From: Catajapyx aquilonaris | Taxonomy: Eukaryota | Reading direction: 5' to 3' | Assembly: GCA_000934665.2 (NCBI GenBank) | Contig: JYFJ02001604.1 | Span: 1-64,000 of the forward strand | DNA: 64,000 nt | Shown here: piece by piece, positions 39,766 to 50,746 of the stretch | How positions within the stretch are numbered: the stretch's first letter is position 1 | How the letters are laid out: the number at the start of each line of letters is the position of its first letter | Translations under genes and position numbers: made by a program | Notes under the pieces: model-generated | Told to the model about the DNA's origin: nothing | Seen by the model: the letters and a program-made list of their open reading frames with translations, nothing else | Databases searched by the model: none

Positions 39766-41494
39766 ATGGACGACTCTGCAACATTGTGTCTGACTGCGGC
39801 TGTTGCTGCCACAGCTCTCATGGTAATTGCGGTCGCCACCGACATGGGAACGAGACGCAGGAGAGGGAAAACAAGGACATGGATACTAAGGCGTCCCAAA
39901 ATGGGAGTATTCAACACTCTGCTTCGTGAGCTTCGTTACGAGGATCCTACATCATACAGGTACAGTATTTCAAAAATGAAAAGGCAGTCGCATAATTATG
40001 ATTTATTGACTCTGGCAATAATCAGGCATGATTTTTGGCATCCAGAAAAGTTTGTATAATTTCATTTAAAAAAAAAAAAATCTGCTAGTGACACTGTGTT
40101 CCATTCCTTGACAGAAACTGGCTCAGAATGGATGTAGAATCTTTTGATTATTTGGCACATCTGGTTGGAGCCAGAATTAGAAAAAGGGACACAGCTTTCC
40201 AGGCAGCAGTCACCGCAAAGGAGAGGCTTGCTCTAACTCTTCGCTTTCTGGCCTCTGGGAACTCATTCAAGGACCTGCATTACATTTTCCGCCTTGGTGA
40301 ACGCACCATTTCATACATTGTGTTAGAGACATGCCAGGCTATCAGTACAGAATTGGCTGGTATGATCTCCATACCAACTACTCCAGCTCAATGGAAATTT
40401 GTAGCAGAAGCATTTGATCAAATGTGGAATTTTCCAAACTGTTTGGGAGCTATTGACGGAAAACACATTGTTTTAAAGAAGCCCCACCTTTCAGGCTCCC
40501 ATTACCACAATTATAAGGGGACTGAATCAATTGTGTTAATGGCAGCTGTAGATGCCAACCTCAAATTCATTTACATAGATGTAGGAACAAATGGCAGAAT
40601 TAGCGATGGAGGAGTATGGAACAAGTGCAGGCTCAGCCAACACCTTGCCATGGGTTGTCTAAACCTACCACACCCAGAGCCGCTACCAGGAAGTGTAACA
40701 CCAACGCCGTATGTGTTTGTGGCGGATGATGCCTTTCCTTTGAAAGAAAACATCATTAAGCCCTATCCTATCCGCAACTTGAGTTATGCTGAACGAATTT
40801 ACAACTACAGGTAACAAGCATGAAAATATTGCTTCATTGATAACATGATAATCATCCTATTCAAACGATTTCATTTCAGACTGTCAAGAGCACGCAGATG
40901 CGTCGAGAGTGCTTTCGGGATACTAGCAAACAGGTTCCGCGCCCTGCTGACACCAATGGCACTCCAGCCAGACAAAGCCGCAATAATTGTACATGCCTGT
41001 TGCACCCTGCATAATTTCCTACGTTCACGGCCGGGTGCAGTGGGTGTGTACAGCCCTGGCTACTTGGTGGACCAGGAGGACCAAGTATCAGGGAAAATTG
41101 CTGAAGGATTGTAAGTGCAGCACAGCATATGCTATGTACTATAATATGCCCAGTATATGTTCTACTTCAGTAGTTCTCTGAACAAAACTCACTCAGCACT
41201 AGATACTAATTCCAATAATTGAATGTAGAGCTTCAGTACTAAATGCGAAGAGAAACTTGCTTTAAACTTGCCTCACACTAACTTGTCAACCTGTGGGAAT
41301 AAAAAGTCTGAACAACATTAACTAATGCTTTCAGGTGGCGTAGAGACGACCATTCGCACTCCATGCTGAAATTGCAACCGACACAAGCACGAAATCATCT
41401 GGCAGAAGCTAAGCAGATGCGAGAAGCCTTTAAGTATTACTTCACATCCCCGCGTGGTGCTGTGTCATGGCAAGACAAAGCCATACAGAAATGA
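39766..41494 (+). CDS. Harbinger DDE transposase (HARBI1-like family), 426 aa; exons 39766-39959, 40115-40810, 40880-41110, 41335-41494
   Basis: GT-AG introns join in frame (1281 nt); motifs YRNWLRM, LRFLASG, GAIDGKH, NYKG, VADDAF, LSRARRCVESAFGIL and GAVSWQ. Confidence 0.93.
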
Positions 41495-41843
41495 AGCCTC
41501 GCCCATCTCAAAAACTTCTACAAAGGTTGTTGGTGAGAGCTCATGCCAAACCTTTTTCCATGGGCCAGAGAGAAATATGCTGAGAAGGCAAAAAATGTGT
41601 CACAAAGTTTAAAGCATCGCTTGGTTCCAATTCATGGATCAGTCCTGCGGCAAGATTATGCTATCATTCCTGTATTAGATTTTAGTAGCTAATTACCTCT
41701 TTGCATGTTGCAGTTGAATGCAAATTCCTTTGCCGTTGAAGATGTCTTTCCACCTCCCTCATTCCCCCCACTCACTGCAGTCCTAAGACACATAAACTAG
41801 AGCATTAATGAAACTGTTCTTCATTATTGAACATCCAACAACT

Positions 41844-43762
41844 TTATTTCTCCTCCTCCATCATGTATTGCAGAGTAATCTGATTAATATCAACCAGTGC
41901 CTTTTGTTGGTTAATTTTTGACAGGGATCTTAACTGATGGGCCACTGCGTGGCATGCATGATCCAGGTGATCTGTCATGGTGATGGTGTTGGTGTTGGTG
42001 TTGGTTTTGGTTTCCAGCTTGGCCATGGCAGTGGACAACACAGCTGCTGCCCCACCCAGGAATTCCACCCTTGCTTCACTTTCCAGCTTCTTCTTCTTCT
42101 TTGGTGGGATCACTACTTGCAAGTCAGGGCTTGGGGAGTTGGAAGGGGTGGTAGGGGATGAGGATTGGGATACATCTTGGGAATAGGAATAGTCTGGGTC
42201 TGGGTCGTCTGAATCCAGAACCTGTGAAGAGAAGAGGAAATTTGCTGTACAATGTGAAAAATAATACTCCCCACTCTGTTAAGAATTATACAGTTACCGT
42301 CACACTCGGTTCCTCCGTGCATGGCAGAGAGTCCTTGCTGGGGTCAGGATTAGCATCCCCCAGGAAGCTCATGGCCTGGAAGTGGTGCCACTTTGACACA
42401 CATGTGGAAGAGGCACCACTTCCAGACGGGGGCTGCTGCTGCTTCTTCTTCTCCCTGCCAAATGTTGTCCTCAAATTTCGAAACTTGAGTTTCATGTCAT
42501 TCGCTGTACAGAAAACAAATATATTCACAACATGTCATTAGTGTTTTTTCCCACATTCATGTAATTGAAATTCCTTCATTGCTGCTTGTCATGCCTTATT
42601 CAAAAATAATGAAATTGAATAAAGGGAATAATATTAATTTTAAAACCCAATTTGTGACTTTTGTGCGTTTCATTTGTTTATTATCACCGTAACAATCCGA
42701 AGCAATACATCCTATTCGGATGATTTCCATCCCATTTGTTTTTCATATTCTCTCACAGCAGTTGTGGAGCTGGTGGTGGTCAAGCGAATTGTATGGTACA
42801 TCATCACGTGGAAGTCGCTTACAATTTGCAGGTCGATAACTGTTTACAGAGATCAAGTGATGCTGGGCGACCTAGCGACTGGTAATAGTCTCCTCAGTCT
42901 GTTTATCCCGGTGCCGTGCACCGTCGCTAGGCCGCCCAGCACCACTTACTCTCTGTAAACAGTAATAAGTGACCTGTACACAGTAATCGACTTCCATATG
43001 ATGATGTCTGAACGGTTCGGTTGCCAGGTACTGCCAATGCCGTCGTTTACATTTAGGGACTGCTAATATGTCCAGCACAAATGCGCTTTCAACCAGAAAA
43101 TGTGATGAAGGACAAATCAACAGAAGACAGTAACCAAGGAGTACTGCACAGAAAATAAATTTTCACCATTTCCTCACTTGTTACTGTCAGGCAGGTTTGT
43201 GAGGCCCAGTCTGCACTCTGTACTGCAATGATTTTAACTGGCACCATATAAGCTGCATTTACATGCGAGTGATTTGAGTGATATGCGACCAATTGTTTTG
43301 GGCAAAAATATATTGCTACCACTCAGGGTCCTATTGCACATCACTGCACTTCCTGATCAAATTTCTCACATGTAAACGCGCTTTCATTGCTGATTAGAAA
43401 CCACGTACCTAAAAAAAAAACACCTGGCTCAGTTTTCATAACTTACCCGTGTACTGGCTGAAGCCAGCCGCCGCCATGGCCTCTTTTCCTGGCACATTCA
43501 TAAGGTAATCCCGTACATGTCGTTTAAAGTAGTCTTCATGCTTGTGGTCCCACAGACTCGGTTGTGCTGAAAATACAGCCAATTGATGACCGGTGCCCAA
43601 CTCAACATCAACCCCTTCGGCCCCAGGGCTCTTTTCCCCCTATATTGCCATCCCCTACGCTTGTAGGCGACTGAGGCCGAAGGGAGTTAACTACTTACTA
43701 CGGTAAAACGCGATTAATGCCTCCTCCGCCTCGAAACTCCATTCCGGCCTGTTCGGCGCCAT
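41844..43762 (-). CDS. Harbinger Myb/SANT-like MADF DNA-binding protein, 255 aa; exons 43762-43699, 43566-43447, 42503-42298, 42221-41844
   Basis: GT-AG introns join in frame (768 nt): MAPNRPEWSFEAEEALIAFYRTQPSLWD...KLKFRNLRTTFGREKKK...SGSG...SKWHHFQAMSFL; basic PKKKKK NLS-like run; BESS-like C-terminus. Confidence 0.9.
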
Positions 43763-44162
43763 CTTGGAAATTGCCTCCGATGGGGGGAGTTTTCAAGCAG
43801 TGCTGGAAACCTGCAACACACCTGCGACCTCGGAGGAAAGCGGCGCGCGCACCCTGCGCCTGCAACATGTTGCTGCAACGTCGCACCTTCATTGCAAGAT
43901 TTGCGGCCGGCCTAATGCAACAGCGTACAACTTGCGGCACAGTGCAACAGAAGCCATAAAAACAAATCACAAAATTTCGTGAAACTAGGGAGAAACTATG
44001 GCAGACAGTGAAACCGTTTCATGGTATACAGTCCAGCCATTACTGGAACGTGAAACGTGGCCAGGTTACTGTGGAAAGAACAGCGCAACATTTGGTGTGA
44101 CTTCTGGAAAAATGTGAGTAAGACTTTGCAAATCCCTCTATGCCTGATTTGACCTCACCGGT

Positions 44163-47100
44163 TGTGACCTCAGAGGTCAAAGGTTACCTTCTATGCCGAT
44201 TACATAATCAGAACACAGACTGCCTCGTTACGCATTGCTTTAATGCCCAATCAGGTAGGAGTACAGCACTCATTGCAACTCACCAGGGAGACGACCCACT
44301 ATGCGTCCACCCTACTCGGCTGCTCACACTCGACTCTCTCTCCCTCTCCCCCGCCTCCCCCCTCCCCGCCGCCGGCAATAAGTGGTGCCAATCGCACCGC
44401 ACCCCCAAGGTGCCAAACTCCCGGCGGGGAAGAGCAAGGCGGGCAGTACAATTCTGTCACATCACCCCGGACACTAGCTTGAGTGACCAGGAGGAACTCA
44501 CCAAACTTTACAANGGGGGGGGGGGAGTAAAAGGGAAAACAGTTTGTCCAAAGTGCCGGTTCATCTCCAGCCGTCCACATCCGGATGGTCTCGGGCTTTC
44601 GCTGGGCTGCAACCACCTCTCTCGACCACTGCTTCACGCCGGGTCAGCATCCAGACAGCCCCCACGCCAGCGATGCACCCAACGTCCTGGTCCATCCCGC
44701 ATGACGCCATGTCTGGCGCCTCTACGTAGCTCACTGGCAGTCTCGGTCGCCAGCTAACTCACGCCTGTCGCCCAGACCATGGCCGCCAGGCATGCGGCGA
44801 GGTCACCCCAGCGTCGTCCCAAACTGTCCAACACCACACCGGGGTGTCACAGAAGTCGAGCACTTGCCAACACCAACACATCAGGACCCAAAAGGATTAA
44901 CAGGGGAGGGGGGAAGGGATTAGGGAGGAGAAAGGATGGGTATCCGCCACAAAACACACTCATAAAGGAGGTGAAACAAAAATTTAAGAGTTCAGAAAGT
45001 TCACAAGGCCTTTAAAAAAGAATTCAAAAGAAAAAAAATCAATAAGTTCCAAGCAAAGCTCAATATTAAGCCACAAAACAAAAATACCAATCATTAAAAA
45101 AAATCACAACGGGAAAAAAGTTCACACTGGGGTGCTACCCCATGCACAGTTCAGCACATCCTCCGGAGTCACAACCAGCAGCCGAAGCACCAGCCAGGAG
45201 AAGAGCTACTCCATCCAACTCTCCACCATGGTAAACTTCAGACATCCTGTCACAGGAGTCAGGGCGGCCACTGCAGATCAAAGTGGCGCCGGCAGCAGGG
45301 GTCATCAGCCACCGATGAGTCCGCCTCCGAGGAAAATGCAGGCGTCAAACGTCAAAGTCCCAGTCACCGTCAACCGTTGGTGGTGGCGTCACAGCGTCAC
45401 AGTCCATGGTACTCAGCAGTACCAATTCAAAATTCATTGATCGTATGGGAGTCAAAAAGTGTCAGAAGCTCCAGACCACTGCAAAAAACGTGCCCCCAGG
45501 TTGCCAAATCCCCGGGGCCACACGTAATAGCTAAAGTCCGAACTGAGCGACCAGTCAGCGCTCTGACAAGAACCGTTCCCATCAGAAGTGGAACGTACTC
45601 CCACGACCAACTGCGTCCAAACCCACGTGCTCAGCAGCACTCTAGTGGGTCCTTCAGCTAAGCCACCACTTGAGCCTCGCTCCAGATCGTCTCCAAAGAC
45701 CAAACTGAGAGCGACAAGGCCCAAAATGAAAATGGCTGGCGACAGCTCAACCACAGGTGGGAGGGGAGGGGGGGGGGTAACCAGGCTGCCGAATGCCTTC
45801 CCGGCCATCGACTGTGCCAACATGTCCACGCCTCACCGACCGGACGACCAGGACCAGGTCACCTGATGAACACGGCCATCGGTTTACGACCTGTCCCCGC
45901 CCGGCCAGAGCGTCCAGGACCAGAGAATCAGGGGAGGGGGGATGAGGCCTAGGTACTTACAGGACTGTGCTTGCACCAGGCACGTCCGCCTTTTTCTCCA
46001 GACCTGCATCCCGCACCAAAGGAAGGGCGTCGCCACCACGTGCGCCATCCCATGCTCCACTGCGCCGTTTAGAAACGACTCCAAGTGGTCACAGGGTGCC
46101 GTCCATCTTACAGATGGAGGCTCTAGCGGGCCTGAAAAGTTTCAGCGCCCCATGATCTACCTAGATCACCGCATGCACATACGTATCTAATGTGCATGCT
46201 GCTCCAGTGCGAAAACAGATCGCTAGGAGCTCCCTGTCCGTGGCGAAACAGGAGAGCTCCTCCCAACTGGAGAAACAATCGGTCTGCTTGCAACAGCACA
46301 GGGGCTACCAGGCCCCGTATCATCCCCATGCAGAGGACTGACCCTATCGCAAAGCATTTCGGAGTTCCCGCGCAGATTGCTCTCAAAGAGCTTCTCTTTT
46401 CCCTCCCTAGATGGCAAGGGAGGTCAAAAACTCCAGTGGGGGCTTAGCAAAGCCACGCGTTCTCCCGCCCGCCAACAGATGGCGCGGGAGTGCAGTGCCC
46501 GAGTTCTCTCCTTTTCAAAAGGGAGGGAAGAGGAGGGGAGGAGGAGGACAGGCTTCACAAAGCCCCCCTCACTCCAACACCCTCCTAATGACGTCTCCAG
46601 CCTAGGGCGGGGCCCGATTCTTCCAATCAGGTGGCTGGAGAGGAGCGAGTTCGAGCGGGCTAACGGCGATGGTAGGGGTGCACGGGAAATCTTCGAAGAT
46701 TCCCCGGCGGGCACCATCACCACACTGGGCCGGCCAGCAAGACCGGAAAAAAAGCCCCTGACTCTCCCGCTAAAGAGCGGGGAGCGACCACGAGGTGCTG
46801 AAAAACGGCCATCTTGGGCCTTTTCCAGTTGCTCGGTTCCTTTGTGCCGTACTCGGCCAAGGCCTCGGCAGGCCCTTTCCTCATGGAAAATATAGACCTT
46901 AAAAGGTCGGCATTTCCTTCCCCGGTACTCGGGCGACCTAAGCAGGTCCGTACGCCCGAGCAACGAACTGGGGATACCAGACTACCTTATTAAAGCAAAG
47001 CAAAGCGGGTGTGGGTGGGCGGCTTGACCTTCATGCGGTCCTGCCGCCCCACGTTGGGCGCCACTTGTGACCTCAGAGGTCAAAGGTTACCTTCTGTGCC

Positions 47101-47364
47101 GATTACATAATCAGAACACAGACTGCCTCGTTACGCTTTGCTTTAATGCCCAATCAGGTAGGAGTACAGCACTCATTGCAACTCACCAGGGAGACGACCC
47201 ACTATGCGTCCACCCTACTCGGCTGCTCACACTCGACTCTCTCTCCCTCTCCCCCGCCTCCCCCCTCCCCGCCGCCGGCAATAAGTGGTGCCAATCGCAC
47301 CGCACCCCCAAGGTGCCAAACTCCCGGCGGGGAAGAGCAAGGCGGGCAGTACAATTCTGTCACA
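44163..47364 (-). mobile_element. Non-autonomous LTR retrotransposon (Gypsy-like), 3202 bp
   Basis: Two 299-bp LTRs (44163-44461, 47066-47364) with TGTGAC...GTCACA ends and only 2 mismatches seen by eye; 4-bp TSD CGGT; no recognisable pol. Confidence 0.93.
47046..47063 (-). promoter_or_regulatory. Primer-binding site complementary to the tRNA-Lys(CUU) 3' end
   Basis: Minus strand reads TGGCGCCCAACGTGGGGC, 2 nt inside the 5' LTR; this is the canonical Lys1,2 PBS. Confidence 0.9.
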
Positions 47365-49299
47365 CGGTCCTCACATAGCATTAACCAGTATCATATATAA
47401 GTTTCAAGGTATCATACAATCACATGTAGCCTACACGTACGAGAGAAGTTCTAATCAAATGTTCCGTACAAGATGCTATGAGTCATGGGATTGGGTCGGT
47501 GGGTTCCATGGAGAGCGCCGGAAACGAGTACGTAATAAAATTCAATACGGATCATAAACCTCAGGGGGGGGGGATATTTTTGCAAGGGTGTGTGGTTTAG
47601 ATGTTCCTCTGCCCAAAAATAAATAGGCGTTCAATTATCTCGTGGTGTTTTTGAGAAAATTACTTTCTTTCAAACCATGTTTTGCGAAGTTAACAATGTT
47701 CAACAATGACTCCTCTGTTAACCTTTGACTTCAAAGCTTAACAAAGCTGATAAATAGAGAGGTATGAGTTGTATTGAAAGTCTATATATTTCATTTGCCC
47801 ACAAAAAAAATTTGCAAAGAAAAGAATTCGCGAAAACTGCTAAAATGTCGTAAAACAGCATTTTTGCCAATTCTTTCCGCGGTTGCTAATTATAGATTCG
47901 CAATTATTTTATATCGAAAATTCAGACCTACGTTGACAGTTTCTCCATTCCAAATTTGGCTTTTGTGTAACATACAAGAAAATTCGTACAAGCGTCCAAA
48001 GTTGAGAAAAAATGAACTTCGAGAAAGAGCAGATTTGGTACCCCTGCGGTTATGATTTTTTTCAGGGCAAATAAAAAGTGACACTGAAAAATAGCCAGTG
48101 TAATTCTTCATCATTTCGACAGCGGTACTTCGTGTAATTAATCCGTAATAATCGGAGACAAAGCCCTAGCAGCCTCCGCCTGATTTGAAATGGAACCACC
48201 CAGCAGGTGCTATAGAATGGAGCACATGGTTAGGGGCACAACAAGGTACGAAAAATAACTGCTATCGAACGATATCAGTTATCAAAAAGCGACCCACGAA
48301 TCTGGAACACCCTGTATTATCATCACACATATACTGTATGCCCTCACAAGGGACCTCATTCATTGAAACTTCAATGTGATTCAGTTAGTTGGTTGCAAGG
48401 GGTTAACCACTTCAGTAATCCGGTATACACCTGCAGTGGTACTCCCAGGTACTCCTTATAGGTACCTTACTCTTTGGTACTCCTTGGTACTCCATGAATT
48501 TGTACACCAGTGTACTGTACACTTTACAGTTGCGTGATTACCCCCTTAGTTGGTTTGTTGGTTGGATCAACTAAGGCTGTGGGGCCGTACACATACAGTA
48601 TTACGTCATCATCGGGGGGGGGGGAGGGGGTTTGCTACCTGATGACCAAAGAATACGAGAGAGGGAGGGGGTTGCCATATGATGACAAAGTATGACCAGG
48701 GGGTTCAAAAATGTCAAAAATGTGATGACGTAATATGTTTACGGCCCCTGTCTGGAATATGGAGGGTGAGAACGGAGGAGAGATATTTCGACTGTGCGAG
48801 GAAATAAACGGGTGAACCACGAGAAAACCTACGCCGTCACGGAGAGAAACTCTCGAAACTATTTTCATATGAGAATCATCCGTCGTGGCTATCAAAAGCG
48901 GGACCTCGGATGTGGAAGACTGCTGACATTAACCACACCACCTGCACACCACCACTTTTCTGACTGATCGTTCTTATTCGGCGTAGTTTGCAGCCACCTA
49001 TAAGCGATGGAAGTGCTTCAGGCGGATTCGAGGTGACATAATACACTCCTTGATTTATGCCAATTATCCTCACCAACAAGTATGAGGAAACCAATATATC
49101 TCTTCATAATGTAATCCTTTGGTGTCCAGGAGTTCTCTCTAAAACGTTGTCGGAATTATTAAAGACCACCAGGTTGTAAAATGCAAGGAGATATTTTAAA
49201 GTTGTAATGACTCCTTTCATTTGACCTGCTACAATCTTGAGACGCTCGTGTGTTAATATTTTTGAAAACTGCTGAAACTGAGAAAACAGAATTCTCTAG

Positions 49300-50746
49300 C
49301 TTTAGAAGACTGTTTTGAACTCGGATTCTCGGATTTTGAAACTATATAACTCGAAAATTTGTAGACATATCTTAATGATTTAAGTTTTGAAATGCTAATA
49401 AATGTCTAAAGTTTTGGTCTTGCCATAGTTAGTTTCGACATGAGCTCCATTTGTTGCTTGGCAAATGTAAATCCGGTAACCGGTGTCGTGCCTAACCCGC
49501 TCAGGCATGTCTGGAGTCACCATAGGGATCCTATCCCATAGGTGATGTAGATGCCGGGTCTTTTCCCCGTACAGGTATTTCCACAAAACAGTCAATCGGG
49601 GTAAGATATGGGTTTCTGGGGGGGAGGAGGGGGGGGGCAAGGCATTGGGAAACTTCTCGTTCAAGGCTTCGCACACTGGGAGGCTGAACAAGTGAAACTT
49701 TTCTGCTGCAGGCTTGTTTCATGGATGAGGCGACTTTTTAAGTGCATCATCAAGAACAATGTTTATGGAGTACAGTACCCTGCATTAATGGCCATGCAGA
49801 CATCGCCACCTGGCCAGATTGAGCGGAACTAGGCGTCCGGTGGGCTGTGTCCAAAAATACTCTGATGATCAAGACCGCTCAGGTCGGCCCGGTTTTAGAT
49901 TGGCAGTCGAGTTCCCGCGGGTCGGGAACAGGCTTTTGCCTAGTTTTAAGTCTTCCTGAGAGCAACGTTGGCTTTAGTCAACTGGACACCTTAGGTCATT
50001 GTAGGGCGTAAAATTGGTTGCTCTCGGCGATGGTGTCGAGTCCTGCCTTTTGTTTTGGTTCTTTCGTTTCTTTTGTTCCCTTTTTTGTGGATTTGGCAGG
50101 TTAATTGGTGTCCCAACGCTGGTAGTTAAATTCGGTGGGCTTTAGAGCATTAGCTAGGCAAGCCCACCTTAAAAATCGTCCTTTCTCCCAGTCTGCTCTA
50201 GACGGCTCAAGATATCGCGGTGGATTAACAGGCATTCGCTTGGTCCGTGTAATAACTGGTTCACAACCTCAATACATTGATAGGAATCGCAATGGCCTTA
50301 TAATTCATCCCACAGATATATCTGTGATCCGCTGTGATCTGTAGCAAGAGTTTGAATCTAGGCTACCGCTATATCTTGAGCTGTCCAAGTATTTTGGACG
50401 CACCCCACCGACGCCTATTTCCGCTCGTTCTTGGACAGGTGGCGATGTCTGTGCATGGCCATTAATGCAGGGCACTGTACAGACCCGTCATATCCAGCAC
50501 ATACGGGAAAGGATTGCAATGGTAACTCCAGATATGATTGAGCGGGTTTGGCACGACACCGAATACCGTATTTTTTAAAAATTTGCTGAGCGACAAATAA
50601 AGCTCATAGAGAAACAAACTAACGTGAGACCAAAACTTTAGACATTTTATATCATTTCAAAACTTAAATCATTAAGATACCGGTGTGTCTACAAGTTTTC
50701 GAGTCGTACGGTTTCAAATTTCGAGAATTCTTTTTCGATCACCCTG
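49300..50746. mobile_element. Degenerate Tc1/mariner derivative with long inverted arms
   Basis: ~49330-49560 and ~49770-49812 are inverted at ~50435-50725; right end ATCACCCTG|TA; remnant VTPDMPERV...ICQATNGAHVE. Confidence 0.65.

Larger units (their letters stand above)
39466..43912. mobile_element. Autonomous PIF/Harbinger transposon (4447 bp), apparently intact
   Basis: Perfect 52-bp TIR GGCCGGCCGCAAATCTTGCAATGAAGGTGCGACGTTGCAGCAACATGTTGCA; TSD TAA (39463-39465 / 43913-43915); two convergent spliced genes. Confidence 0.97.
36871..44100 (+). pseudogene. Sola2-like transposase, interrupted (36871-36987, 37819-39465, 43916-44100) and frameshifted
   Basis: Motifs C..H..CYKC, SKF..L.PKWV, CVCVYCANL, DFAENW, EIQSYHW, SDGAPSHFKN and HGKGPCDGVGGLVKH; frames rejoin exactly across both Harbinger insertions; frameshifts near 38440, 38570 and 43970. 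Confidence 0.85.
33834..48201 (+). mobile_element. Sola2-like DNA transposon (3742 bp after removing four nested insertions)
   Basis: GGGTGGTTCCATTTCA termini; ~650-700-bp imperfect TIRs (33834-~34520 vs ~47510-48201); 4-bp TSD AGCA (33830-33833 / 48202-48205); transposase pseudogene inside. Confidence 0.85.
33686..48314. mobile_element. MITE family A copy split by the Sola2-like element
   Basis: Left half 33686-33833 and right half 48202-48314 rejoin into the 1613-type MITE. Confidence 0.85.

Noticed and set aside
38696..39793. 365-aa ORF as an intact gene
   Set aside because: It is a chimera: the Sola2-like frame reads through into the Harbinger TIR after GLVKH.
39766..41494. Domesticated host HARBI1 gene
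   Set aside because: It is enclosed by perfect TIRs and a TSD, has its MADF partner, and is inserted into another transposase, so it is a transposon gene. No gene symbol assigned.
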